DNA of 64,000 nt from the human T2T-CHM13v2.0 reference genome, Homo sapiens. This document shows, in pieces, positions 42,206 to 55,227 of this stretch (position 1 is the first letter of the stretch; each line of letters begins with the position of its first letter). The stretch lies in NCBI RefSeq assembly GCF_009914755.1, contig NC_060935.1; one strand, written 5' to 3'. Both the position numbers and the translations under genes were made by a program. The notes below the pieces were generated by a model. It was not told the DNA's origin. It did no database searches and was given only the letters and a program-made list of their open reading frames with translations.

Positions 42206-43274
42206 CACACACACACTCCAAACTGCTCTCTTCCTGAGGTTTTATGGAGTAAGTTTGCCATGAAAACATATGGATAAGAGCACAAAAACCCATAGCTTTT
42301 GGATGTGTCCACTAAAATCTTTTGTGTAGGAGACATGGAATATATTTTCCCTCCATGGAATTTGTAGACACTACAAGAAAAGAACTGGTTTCCAATTATT
42401 GAAATAGAGATTAGCCATCATCTCTTTCTACCTTTAGAGCCCAGACAGCTACAATTAAAATAATTGATTATAAAAGAGAGAACAAACATTTAGGCCAAAA
42501 TAAGGCACCAAATGAATCACACAGACTGCTAAAAAATATTTGCTTTCTGTTCCAAGAAGAATGATGAGAATAATAAAAAAAAAAAAGTTGACTCACAAAG
42601 AAAACAGAAGGTTGACAAAGCTTTAGTCCGGCAGTAAAGATCAAAATTCAAGTCCGTCAAGTGACAAGAGAAAAATCTCAGGGAGAATAACAATGAATAG
42701 AGGGGAAAGGCATCCTAAAAAGAGGAGTCAAACAACAAAGACAACTGAAGAAAGGGGGCCTCTTACAAAAGAGCAAACATGAAAAGAGGAGAGAGAAGCG
42801 TGGAAACCTGTATAAAGGCCACTGAAGAAGCCAAGAGCACAAAAAAAGGACTTGAGATGAAAAATAAAAATGGAAAAGATTAAAAGGAAGAGGTGAAATG
42901 GCAGAGAGAGAGGGACTAACCAACTGCTCTTGGAAAAACATGGCTGTGCTAGGAAATTGATGTTTTCACGCCAGTGGGAGTCGAGCCTGATGTGGGTCAG
43001 GAGGCCTCTTCATCTGTTCTGCTGGCTTCAGCTGGCCAGCCCTGGAAGTCCAGTCCAGCCAGGACCTCAGTGGAGGAGAACTCTCAGGACCAGGAGACAA
43101 TGGCAGTGCTTCTCAGATCCCATGGCCCTAGGATGGAACCATGGGGGGCTGCTAAGAGAGTTCCCCATCTCTCCAAGGTACCACATTGCGCTTTGGAGGC
43201 TGTAGTGCCCTTGTCTTGTGTTGATCCTGGTTGCAAGCATTTATCATATTGCACTAGTATTGGGGAAGCATCTC

Positions 43275-43485
43275 CATGCAGTGGACAGGAAAAGAATTTG
43301 GAATCAGAAACCTGGGTTTGATATTTAGTTCTCTACTTACTGTACAGCCTCAGGCAACTCATCGTATCTCTTTGACCCTCAACTTCCTCAACTCTAAATG
43401 GCGGTCATTTAAACGAGATAATGCGGAAGAAAGAATTTCATCCAACAGAAAGTACCTTATAAATTTTAGTAATTTTATTATCAGT
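43275..43485 (+). mobile_element. MIR
   Basis: tttggaatcagaaacctgggtttg...cctcaacttcctcaactctaaatgg. Confidence 0.75.
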
Positions 43486-45010
43486 TTGGGCTATTTGGAG
43501 GATGTTGGAAGCCTCAGGTCATTTGCTAATAAGGTCAAAGGGGAAAAACACACACATTCTGAATGGATGTCTTGGGTTAATGTTTGCTCCACAAACGAAA
43601 ATGCTGGCATCTGTTTCTGAGCGGTAAAACCCCTGAGGCAGAGCACATAAACCCAAGTTTATTAAGAAGTGTGACTACCTATCAAATATGAAACAGCCTT
43701 GGCTCTGAGCTTCACTTCGCCTGGAAATTTTAAATGGCTCCTTCATCGCCCACAGTTGCACCTATCTAGTGTGTTTTGAAGAACTGGGACGTTAAAAACA
43801 ACAACAAAAAAACAGAGCTGATTAATGACTGCAAAAGCTGTTTTGGGGGAAAAAAAAAGAGAAAAGTTGTTGTCCTATTATATCTCTGAAAAAAATGAGC
43901 ATTTTATTGCTTCTACAAATTGCTCCCTGGAAAGTACTTCCATTTTCTAATTGTTCATAAATTTACTGACAGGTGGTTACACAGTAGGTATAACATCGTT
44001 ATTTTCATTTTATTATATACACTGTTTTAACGAGAAAATCTGGAAGGGCTGGGTATCATATATCATCTGACATATCCTGAAAATGTGTGGGTGGGCAGGC
44101 ATGGCCCAAGGCTGCTACTTCCCCTAGCATGCCTAGGTCTGATGCCCCTGGCACAGGGTCAATTTGGACAGCTGTGACTGGTTGAAATACATTAAGATGA
44201 TGACAGTAAAAATACATTGCTTTTCTATGCTTACTCTTTTGCTTAAAAAATAATATTAAAGAATAGTCTCCACTTTCACTGAAAGAACTGTCACAAGTTT
44301 TCATTACTAGAAACAAGAGAAATTTGGGGGCTTATACGTACACTACACACTTGATATTTGATGACCATTAGTCGTGTTGGATGGATTGCTCTTTTCAATT
44401 TAACATATGTTAGTGCTCCCACTTCAGATTCTTGAGTCTGTGAAGCTGAGAGTTGTTTCAGCACTGCTAAGTGTATCTGCAACATCTAATGTTTTGGTGA
44501 GATCATAATAAGGACTCAATAAATATTTGCAATTTAGTGTTCCAACTATTCTTCAACATTTATTTGTAGGGATTCATATATTGATTAATAAAGCTATCCT
44601 CTCATGGAAATAATAACCTTATGGTTTAAATAAAGGCAACTGTAGGCAAATGCATTCAGCAAACAGGCTCAAGTGTTTATGAGAACTGAAGAGGTAGAAC
44701 AAGTTTGTATAGTTGGCTTCCCACCACACCCTTACTGAAACTGCTCATATCACTATCATGGTATGATAACAAGGTTATCATTAACATCCACATAGCTGGC
44801 TTTGTTTCCTTTCACATTTCTCAATAGATTTTGAAGCCGTTGGCCACTTTTTTCTTGTAGAAATACTCTTTTCTTATTTCTGTGATATCACGCACCTCAT
44901 ACTCTCTGTATGCCTCTACCGACTCCTTCCATTCTCTTCCAGGGGTCCCTTGTCCTCTATGTAACCTCAGTTCACTGGGCTCCAATGATTACATCACAGC
45001 CCTTCTCTGC

Positions 45011-45130
45011 TTGCTCTACCCACTACACCATGTTGATCTCGCTGATCCAAGTTTCCAGTCATAACTCCACTCGTTCTACCCATTCCTCCATGTTGGTCTC
45101 ATTGATCATAGTTTCTAGTCGTAACTCCAC
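45011..45130 (+). repeat. 60-bp diverged tandem duplication (48/60 identical)
   Basis: Units 45011-45070 and 45071-45130 align without gaps. Confidence 0.85.
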
Positions 45131-45281
45131 AGTCTCTTCAGCAGCTAAATCCTTATCTTCCGGGAGGCACAAACATCTCAGTTCCTGCAGGTTACCTCAT
45201 GCTTTACGTGTCCGAAACAAATCCTCATACTCACTCCTGCTCTTTCTTTTCTTTTTTCTATTATCAAACATGCCACGTTAT

Positions 45282-45405
45282 TAGGGTTGCTAGATTTAGC
45301 AAGCACAGCAACAGGACATCCAGTTAAATTGGAATTTCAGATCAGCATCAAATCATTTTTTATTCAAATTTAACTGGGTATCCTGTATTTTTTCTGGCAA
45401 CTGTA
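45282..45405. mobile_element. Internally deleted MER53 palindromic MITE
   Basis: tagggttgctagatttagcaa...caggacatccagttaaattggaatttcagat...attcaaatttaactgggtatcctgtatt...tctggcaac. Confidence 0.85.
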
Positions 45406-46084
45406 CCCCCAGCCAGTTGCCAAAACCTAAAACAAAAGACCCAACTTCAACACTTCCCTCTCTCTTGTTCCCCCCAAAATAATATGTTTAAACCTACTTT
45501 TCTATTATTTTGAATGGATGGAATACTTTTATTTATGTTCAAAATCAACATTGTTATACAAGGTCCTGTCACTTCTTACCTGGATTCTCTCAAGTGCCTC
45601 CTGTCTGTTCATTGTTTTTTGTTTTTTTCTCCTGCCTCACCTCCCTCCACTCTGCACCCTACAACACCATCTTGCTGATTTTTGCAGATCAGGTTAAGTT
45701 ACATGAACAGGGACCAGAAAAGGAGCACCAATGTAGTAGGTTTCTTCAGAGAGGGGTGTTGTGAAGAGGTGTATATTTTAGAAGCAGTCCATGATCTGAG
45801 TGGGGCTTGTTGACTCCTGTCACCTCAGATGTTTCTTCCTCCCTCTATCAGCACTAATATCCGCCATGTTATACAGCCTCTAAGTCACCACCATAATCTC
45901 CAGCATCTCTGAGCCGAGGCAGTTACTTATGCCTCTGCCAGAAACAGCTCTGTTCATCCCCTCAGAATGCAGATTAGAGGGCATCTCTTCAGGAAAGAAG
46001 AGATTCACATTTCCTAAATGTGAAACTGAAATAAGGTGCTTTCCTATGTGCTAACACGTCACACACATACACCAATGTTGTAGG

Positions 46085-46950
46085 AGTTGTGTGTCTGCTT
46101 GTATTTCTGTCTCCAAAACCAGACCATGAGCTGTTTGAAAACAGACATGATGTCTCTTATTTCTGCATACCCAGCATCTAGCATGGTGTCTGGCATCAGT
46201 GACCTCTCAACAGGTATATGTGATGTGAGGAAGAACAGCCATACATGCAAATATCTTTCAAATTCCTAATTGTAATGGGTCCTGGGAGTCCTGACTGATG
46301 CTAGCCATTTTGAAATGCCTCTAATAGAACTGTTGGAACTATAGGCTGTCTTCTCCATGCATATTGGCCACATCTCTATTGTAGCACTTGTTATATTGTT
46401 TGAATCATATGTTTAAATACATGTCTCCATTTATCTTTTCAAGAAACATTCATTGAACTCCTCCTACAAGGTAGGCACCAGGCCATATGTAGTCCCTTTC
46501 CTCAAGGAGCTTGCAGCATTTGGTATAAATAAAACAAGTAAGGACGTTAATAGATAAAGCATCTCAGGCACTATACTAGATGCATGAACAGGGTAAAATG
46601 GGGCTTAGAGGAGGAAATGGTCACTCCTTCTGGGGCATGGCTGGAACATTTTACAGAAGGACTGACACTAAACAGATTCTGAAAGATGATCGGGAGTACC
46701 ACCTGACAAGGGAGTACAGGTGTTGCAGGAATGGACCTGAGCAACTCTCAGCCTATTCAAGGCACTCCAAGGAGCTGTAGAGGCTGGGGCATAGGGGGAA
46801 GATAAAGCTGGACAAAAAAGAAAAAGTAAGATACTATGAGGAATAAATGCAAAGATAGGGAATTTGGAAACCACAGAAGGATTTTAAGTTGGGAAAGAAA
46901 TAAGATTAATATGACTAGATTTTGATGTTAAAAATATATGTATGTTATGA
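46085..46950. mobile_element. L2 fragments in both orientations
   Basis: Plus: catacccagcatctagcatggtgtctggca; minus: cattcattgaactcctcc...cctcaaggagcttgcag, ggattttaag. Confidence 0.6.
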
Positions 46951-47240
46951 ATTCAGATAAGGTGTATAGAAGATAGGGAAAAGGCTTATAAAAATGAAAA
47001 CTTAGCTTATCTATATGAATGAATTTTTCTCCAGTAAGGGCCTCGTGACATGGCTCAAAGCAATCTTTGTAGGAGTGGCTTTAGGATTAGAACAAACTGC
47101 TTCATTGTTATTTGGTATGAGCCGTTAAAAAAAAAACATGCATTTACTAATCAAGCTGCCCTGAGTTTTGGATTATACACTTTCAAATTTGTTCTTTTCT
47201 GAAAATATCTCTGCTGTACAGAACGGTTTTAAAGGAAGTT

Positions 47241-47357
47241 TCTCTCTCTCTCTCTCTCTCTCTCTTTCTGTGTGTCTATATATATAGACACACACATACA
47301 TATACATATATGTTTTATATATATAAAACATATATAAAGCTTTATATATATAGCTTT
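47241..47357. repeat. (TC)n followed by a TA-rich palindrome cluster
   Basis: Perfect palindromes of 26, 30 and 20 bp (see findings). Confidence 0.9.
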
Positions 47358-47809
47358 AAAAAATCATTTTTCCTGATATATTCAAATGATGAAACACATC
47401 ACACCTGCCAACACTAAAAAGCTATAAATAGAGAATGAAGTATAAATCTAGAAAGATAAATAAGCAGATCCATTCTATATCTATTGCAATTAGGAGAGTA
47501 TTTTAGTAGCAAACGAGAGGGAAATGATTACTGAATTGCTTACAAAACTTAGGAAGAGGAGATATAAGATATATAATGGCCAGAAAAACTATGTATATAT
47601 TGAAAGAATCATTATGAAAGTGATATGAATTATCTAATAACTCCAACATCACAAATGAATTTATTACATTCACTAACCTGTAGGTGAAATGTCAAACATC
47701 CTCTTTAAAATAGAAAAAAGAACAGTTCAACCCAAATATTGCAGCCATCTTTACATCAGGAATATTGAGGGTGGGTGTTTTAGCCATAATTCCTAATGTT
47801 AAGTATTAA

Positions 47810-48750
47810 TGCTTTAGATATATTGAGCATTTTCTATATATAGCACAATCTATCAGGATATAGAGATGCAATGACATGTAGGTATGGCCTCTGCACTTGC
47901 ACAGTTTACACTATGGTGGTGGAGACAGAGAAGTAAATTATTATGATCAAATGCTGAGATGCAGTTGTGTTCTAACAAAACATCATGAATTTGTGGAGGA
48001 GGAAGTGAACTGTCTGGAGTGGTCATGGAGTCTTTAATGAGCTGAGTTTCAGATGATCGACATGTAGATGATTTCAGCTAGATAAGTCATGAAGCAACAT
48101 TCTCTGTGGAGAGAACAGCATGCAAAATGGCAATAGTGATTAAGTTCTGTACTAGCCTAGTAGTAAGTGAAAATAACAGATTTGCCCTCAGGGAGCATCC
48201 AAGTTAAAGGGAAAGCTGATGCATTTACAATAGACAATAATAAAGCAAATTCAATCGAAGCTCATTTCCATAACTTTGGGAAGAAGAGTTTGGTAAGACT
48301 AAGGTAGTGTTTTGAAGTGGAGGTGGAGCTTGAACTGGGCCTCGTATAATGTGTAATATTTGGAAAGGTGATAGTAGTGAAGAAAAAGGGAATGTAGAGA
48401 AAGCATATTTAAATCTAGGCTGAAATTTTTTTGATTTGACATGAAATAAAAAAATAAGGGGATATTTACAGATTTGCAAGCAGGTAAGAAAAAGCAGTGT
48501 TTAAAGATTAGACTGCCCTAGGTATGCAGAATTGCTGAGAGAGGACAGAAGACAGGAGCCAGGAAGGTGAGATGGGAGGGCATGGTGTTACCTTGGCGTA
48601 AGTAATGAGGGGATGGAAGAGAGCCATGAACAGAGAAGGAGAGAGCCAGAGCCACACGGCTCACGTTACCAAGGGAAAAATGAGTGAATTGAAGAAGGTT
48701 TGGATAAAGAGGTTAGAAGAAAAGTATAATTGTAATGTTTGGAAACTGTA
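47810..48750 (-). mobile_element. L2 fragments
   Basis: tattgagcattttctatat, gagctgagtttc, gagaacagcatgcaaa, ttgccctcagggagc. Confidence 0.6.
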
Positions 48751-48809
48751 TGAAAAAAGCATTTTTCAAATTTTACTGGCAACAAAAAAAATTTGAGAAT
48801 TGTTTCTGT

Positions 48810-49730
48810 TGACATGTGTGTGATTCCTGTCTTTATTTTCTTTATTCTGATGCTTTGGCATCTGGGGTCTTGCTGACCTTGGAAGCACTACCCCTCCCAG
48901 GATTAGTCAATTTTCAGAAATAGGAAAGGACTCACCTGTAAGTGAATTAACCTTCTATATGCAAAGGAACCAATCTAGAGGCCACAGCTTCAATCATCTC
49001 CTTCCTCAGGCTCTCCCACTCTGGGCCACTATCGCCTGCCCTGATTACCCTAGGGCCAGGTACCAGATAATTACACCCTTACACCACCTGTGTCCCCAGC
49101 CAAATCTCATCTTGAATTGTAGTTCTCATAATCCCCACGTGTCGTGGGAGGGACCCAGTGGGAGGTAATTGAATGAGGGGGGGCAGTTACCCTCATGCTG
49201 TTCTCATGATAGTGAGTGACTTGTCACGAGATCTGCTGGTTTTATAAGCAGCTTTTCCGTCTTTGCTTGGCACTTCTTGCTGCTGCCATGTGAAGAAGGA
49301 TGTGTTTACTTCCCCTTCCGCCACAATTGTTAAGTTTCCTGAAGCCTTCCCAACCATGCTGAATTAAACCTCTTTCCTTTATAAATTACCCAGTCTTGGG
49401 TGTGTCTTTATTAGCAGGATGAGAATGGATTACTACACACCTTCACTTTCACCCCAGAGCCCACTGAAATTATTCAGGCCAACCCATCCTAAGCCTGCTT
49501 GCCCTGCCCTGCTCTTTCCTTCCCATGGAAAGCACAGTAACACTTTCCTCTCACTTCTTCTGCTTCCCAGCCCAACCTGGTGCTTCCCTGCTTGGTCCTG
49601 CGTCATACGCTGTGCCCCTGTTTCCAAGAATCTGTGAATATAATGAACTTCTTCCTCGTGACAGTCATCTCCATGTCTGCATGTCCTACCATATCTAATT
49701 AAAGCAAATCCCAGGTGTCTGATTAAAACA
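48810..49730 (+). mobile_element. MER74-group ERVL LTR interrupted by THE1B
   Basis: tgatgctttggcatctggggtcttgctgacc...cccctcccagg...atatgcaaaggaaccaatc; resumes after 49437 and ends attaaaaca. Confidence 0.7.
49088..49437 (+). mobile_element. THE1B LTR lacking its first ~13 nt
   Basis: ctgtgtccccagccaaatctcatcttgaattgtag...ggcagttaccctcatgctg...aaattacccagtc...tactaca. Confidence 0.92.
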
Positions 49731-50695
49731 ACTTACTGAGTACAGTAGATAATGCTTGGCTTGCTTATGCAGTCTAGCTGATCAGAAGATAAATGAGAAT
49801 TATATGCAACAAAATTATTGTCTTTAGTTTCTACTTGGACCACACAGACATGACCTTAGCTATGATCGGCTAATTTACATATAATCTTCAGTGAGGTTTT
49901 ATCTGGATTAATGATGTCCTCATTGCATATGAAAATAGGGGTAACTCAAGAAACTTTCAGAAGTTAGTACCAAAATACTGTTACATAACCACTGTCTTTT
50001 ATTATGCCAATAATATCCTCTTTTAAAATGTCAGAAACATCTAAAAATGATTTTTTGCTTTATTTTGTTTTTTTCCTACTTGGCCCCAGGTGCAGCGTTG
50101 AGTTCATCATATTCTTTAGTTTATGATACTCTGTCATCTTTGGTTTGTGGAAGGTTGTTCTACTTAAAACCAAGCAGATAAAGAAAACTGGAAAACATAT
50201 TAACTAGAAACATGTCAAGCAGATAATTAATATTATTCTGTAAGTTGGCCATAATAATGGATATAAAGAAAATAAAAGGCACTAATAAGTTAAAAAGAAA
50301 CAAGAATAGATATTTTGAAATCTAGATGTAAAAATTGTTAACCTAAGTATGTTCATAAAATAATCTAATCCACTTAGTATGAACGAATTGTACATTAAAA
50401 GGTCATTTTTCAATGACTATACTGGCGTTTAAAAAAATTAAAACAATAGTGAGAAAGTTGTGGTTAACAAGGGCACTGTTAACAATTGTTGGTGAGGTAT
50501 ACGTTATTTTACAAAGCAATCCACAATATGTATCTCAGCCCTTTAAAATGTTCTTATCCCTTAAGGCAGTGATTATACACCAATTAATTCTTACTAAAGA
50601 ATAACAAACATCAAATGTCAATGTATGAAGATGTTCATCACACTGTTATTTATGACAATAAGGAAAAGCTATTTGGAGTAGTGAAGAAATGGTAG

Positions 50696-50860
50696 GACTG
50701 GGCACCGTGGCTCACACCTGTAATCCCAGCACTTTGGGAGGCTGAGGTGGGGCGGTCACGAGGTCAAGAGATTGAGACCATCCTGGCCAATATGGTGAAA
50801 CTCTGTCTCTACTAAAAATACAAAAATTAGCTGGGCGTGGTGGCACGTGCCTGTAACCCC
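50696..50860 (+). mobile_element. AluSc-like, 3'-truncated
   Basis: gtggctcacacctgtaatcccagc...cacgaggtcaagagattgagacc...gtgcctgtaacccc. Confidence 0.9.
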
Positions 50861-50944
50861 ATTAAAACTGTACTTCAAAGAACATTTGGTAATATGAGAG
50901 AATGTATTTGTTAAATTGATAAGTTGAAAGAATAGGACACAATA

Positions 50945-50971
50945 TGTGTGTGTGTGTGTGTGTGTGTGTGT
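50945..50971 (+). repeat. (TG)n microsatellite
   Basis: Read directly. Confidence 0.9.
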
Positions 50972-51817
50972 CTTCTCATAGTTGAGAGCAGAGAGCATAT
51001 ACCACTACATACTAGAATAATTAATAGTAAAAAGACTGGCAACACCAAGTGTTGGTGATGATGCAGAGCAATCGTGATTCTCATACATTGCAAGTGGGAG
51101 TATAAAAATGTACAATGATTGTAAAAATGCTTGATAGTTTCTTATAAACTTCACCATCTATCTCTACCATGATTCGGCAATTATACTCCTTAGTATAAGA
51201 AATAGGAACGATGTCCACAAAAAGATTGGCACAACAACATTTATAACAGATTCATTCATTTTTACAAAAACCTGGAAACAACTCAAATATACATTCCAAC
51301 TGGGGAATGGATAAACAAATTGTAATATATTCATATAATAAAATACTACTCAGCAAATACATAAAAACAAATGAACTATGTCTACATAAAAGACAGAAGA
51401 AAAATTCAGAAGCATGATAAATGAAAGAAGCTAAATGCAATAGATATATACTGTATAAAATCATACATAAGAAACTCAAAATTAGGCAAAACAAATTTAT
51501 GGTGATAGATATCAAAAGAGTACATTTTCTCAAACCTAGGGAGATATGTAATATTTCCTTAAGTTCTCTCATAATTTTCCTCCAGTGGCTACTACTGAAG
51601 GAAAGTTATGAGAGAACTTTTTAAAAAAAATTCTTTGTTTTTGAAGGCAGTTATTGAGTATATAAACTTTTCAAACTCATCAAATTGAACACTTAAGATC
51701 TGTAGTTGCAAATTTTATCTCAGTAAAATAATAAATACTTAAATGTTAAAAGAAAAAAATAACCATATATACATATATATATATATATATATATCTCCTA
51801 GGTGTAAATATACATAA

Positions 51818-52099
<282 letters not shown>

Positions 52100-52779
52100 T
52101 AAAAACTAGTTTAACAAGAAAAATATATTCACATTTAACTCTGTTTACGTTTTTGAAAACTTACCCTATGATCAAAATATTATTAAAAAGTCAATAGATT
52201 AACAATATTAGGAAATAGATTTAAAAGCACAAGACAGGTAGTGTCTACAAAATCCTTCAGCATGGCAAGACGTATCATGGAGTATTTATTAAGATCACAA
52301 GTCAAATCAATAAATTCTTTGTGTGTGTGAATGTGTGTTAACATCCAGGACATCTGTGAGACCCTAAGGACCTATTCACAGAAGGCCACTGAATTATAAG
52401 TTTTGTCCAGGTTTTCAGCTGGGTAACGAAACACGTAGCTGGAAATGAAAATGTGGCAGCCATGCTGATCAGGGCTGGGCTGTTAAAATGGTTTCTGCCT
52501 GAAAGAGTCCCTCCTGTAAACATCCCTAGGATAGGGAATGCAGATCCAGCTTAAAAAAAAAAAGAAAGAAAGAATGAGAACATGATTGTGCCACATGGAG
52601 ATTTGGGCAGGATCTTGTTAGGCCCCTGAGGGTGCCTCAGGCATCTTTATTCAAACACATTTTTTTTTTTTTTTTTTTTTTTTGGAGGGAGCAAGGAGGA
52701 GATCACACAGTTGTGGAACTGTCGTCAAAGCAAGTAGCTGACATTTAAATAATATTATGATTTAAAAGGTTCCTTTGCA

Positions 52780-52960
52780 TTCGTTCCTTAACTCATTACA
52801 CCTTCACAACTCTGTGACACGAGAAGAGGAGGTGACACTATTTCCATGTGAAAAATGAGAACACTGATATTCAGAAAGATGAACTGATTTTTGTAAGGTC
52901 AGATATCTTTTAAGTAATGGAGCAGGGACTTCAAGTGATGTCTGTCTCTCTCCAGTGGCT
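52780..52960 (-). mobile_element. MIR
   Basis: cttcacaactctgtga...tgagaacactga...aaggtcag...aagtaatggagcagggacttc. Confidence 0.7.
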
Positions 52961-53095
52961 CTATGATTCTCAGGATATCATCCTATCTCCACGCAACACA
53001 ATGTCGCCGCAGAGGAGTCGCTTCCTGAGTGGTTCCATGATAGCCAGCCCGGTATATCTACTCCTTTTGGTCTTTTTCTGCTTCCCTATCTTCAG

Positions 53096-53104
53096 CAAGG
53101 CGAG
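53096..53104 (+). other. Candidate or fossil 9-nt microexon CAAGGCGAG
   Basis: AG-free pyrimidine tract with TGC at 53079-53081, then ttcag|CAAGGCGAG|gtaatc, then ctctctcttt; frame-preserving length. Confidence 0.5.
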
Positions 53105-53419
53105 GTAATCACTCTCTCTTTGGTATGTGAGATATGTATCTATTCTGTCATATCCGCCTTTCAGTTGTCACATAGCCAAACTATGCAAATGTGGCCATCT
53201 CCACATCTCTGCGTTCAGCACGGCTGCTGCTCCACTCTGGACTCCTTCCAACTGTTCAGATGGGCAGGGAGGAGTTTCATCATCAGAGATGATAAAGAAA
53301 CATGACTATTCAGCCTTTCTCGTACATCTACCGAATACCTAACTAATGATGTTCTCACCATATTGAAAAAAAAAAAAAAAACCATCCAGGATGACGAATT
53401 TATTCCCTGAGTGCCTCAT

Positions 53420-53970
<551 letters not shown>

Positions 53971-54214
53971 AGGCCCCAGGCCCTGGGTCTGAGCCTGGCC
54001 TCTTACGCTGCATGACACAGGACATCTGTTGGAAGGTCAGTTTCTAAGACAAAATAAAGAGCTGATACCTCCTGATTTATCCTTCCACAAACCTGATCAG
54101 ATTGAGCCATCTCTTCTCCCTGGTGGTAAGGGGTGTGTATGGGTGTGGGGTGGGGACAGCAGGAGGGAAAGTAAGGGAGGGTGCCAGGAAAGGCACAGAG
54201 TGTTACTTGGTAGA

Positions 54215-54750
54215 GTTTCTTTTGGGTAAAAGAGGCATCAATAATGTTTCCTTCCAACACCAACTAAAAAGGGTTTCAACAAGAAAGACGTTTATTACCT
54301 CATGTAAGAAATCGGGGGTGGGAGGCTGGGGGTGGAAGTCAGGGCTACAGTGAGAGCCTCAAGGCCCAGGTTCTTCCTGTCTTTCTTCTCCAGTGTGTGG
54401 CTTGGACCATCACAGTCAAAAGATGGGGGTAGCAGTTGCAGGCAAGCATACAGACACAGCAGTATTTAGCAGAAGCAAAAAGGGAAAGGGGATTTTTCTT
54501 GCATGTCACCTTTTGTTAAGGAAGGAAAGCTGCTCCAGATAGCTGCCCTCGGACTTCCCCCTGGATCCTACTAATTAAGATTTGATGGCCTGGCTATGCC
54601 CAGCCTGGCTTCCAGGGTGTCTCAGAAAATGAGTTTATGGTATTCGAGCTTCTTTAGAGGAAAGTGGCTTCTCTCATAAAGGAAGCAGGTTGTTAGTGTT
54701 ATGGATGGTGGAAATAGCTATTGAGTATGTAAGCAACAATGTCTGCCATG
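54215..54750 (-). mobile_element. Old MLT1 (K/L-like) LTR
   Basis: caaggcccaggttcttcctgtcttt...aagatgg...ggacttcccc...gagtatgtaagcaacaatgtctgcca. Confidence 0.7.
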
Positions 54751-55092
54751 ATTACACCTAAAATTTCCACAAGGAACATCTGCACATGTGGAAAATTTCT
54801 GCAGGTTGGACTACATATGACAGTCCCTAATAACTGAATATACTTTTGAGTTCTCATTCCCAATCCAAAATAAAATAAGGCAAAGGGGGACTGAAATGTA
54901 AATATTCTATCCTGCCTGAGCCCATGCCTCAGTAGTTACATGCTTCAAGGGAAGGGTCATACAGTGGACAGCTCAACAGATGATTAGATCTGCACCTTGG
55001 GGATTATGTAGTGCTGCTTCCTCATCTCTAAAGATGGGGTGTCCTCGCAGGAAGAGATGAGGAAGCAGGAAGAGACTTTAGAGATGAGAAAT

Positions 55093-55227
55093 CAGCACTT
55101 TCTTAAAATTTTTAACATTTTTTCTGTCCACTCCACCCTACTGCCCTTGGAAGCCAAAAGAAGGTTGTAAGGCATTCATGACCATAAGTTATCACTTAGA
55201 ATCAAGTGGCAGGAAATTGAACTTCAG
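55093..55227 (+). repeat. Copy 1 of a dispersed direct duplication
   Basis: About 86% identical to 56154-56303 over the first 111 nt. Confidence 0.9.

Larger units (their letters stand above)
44720..45690 (+). mobile_element. L2 fragments
   Basis: actgaaactgctc, gttggccacttttttcttg, ccagttgccaaaacc, cttccctctctc. Confidence 0.55.
50380..51740 (+). mobile_element. Old L1M 3' fragments
   Basis: actggcaacaccaagtgttggtgatgatgcagagcaa...ctggaaacaactcaaat...gaatggataaacaaattg. Confidence 0.75.
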
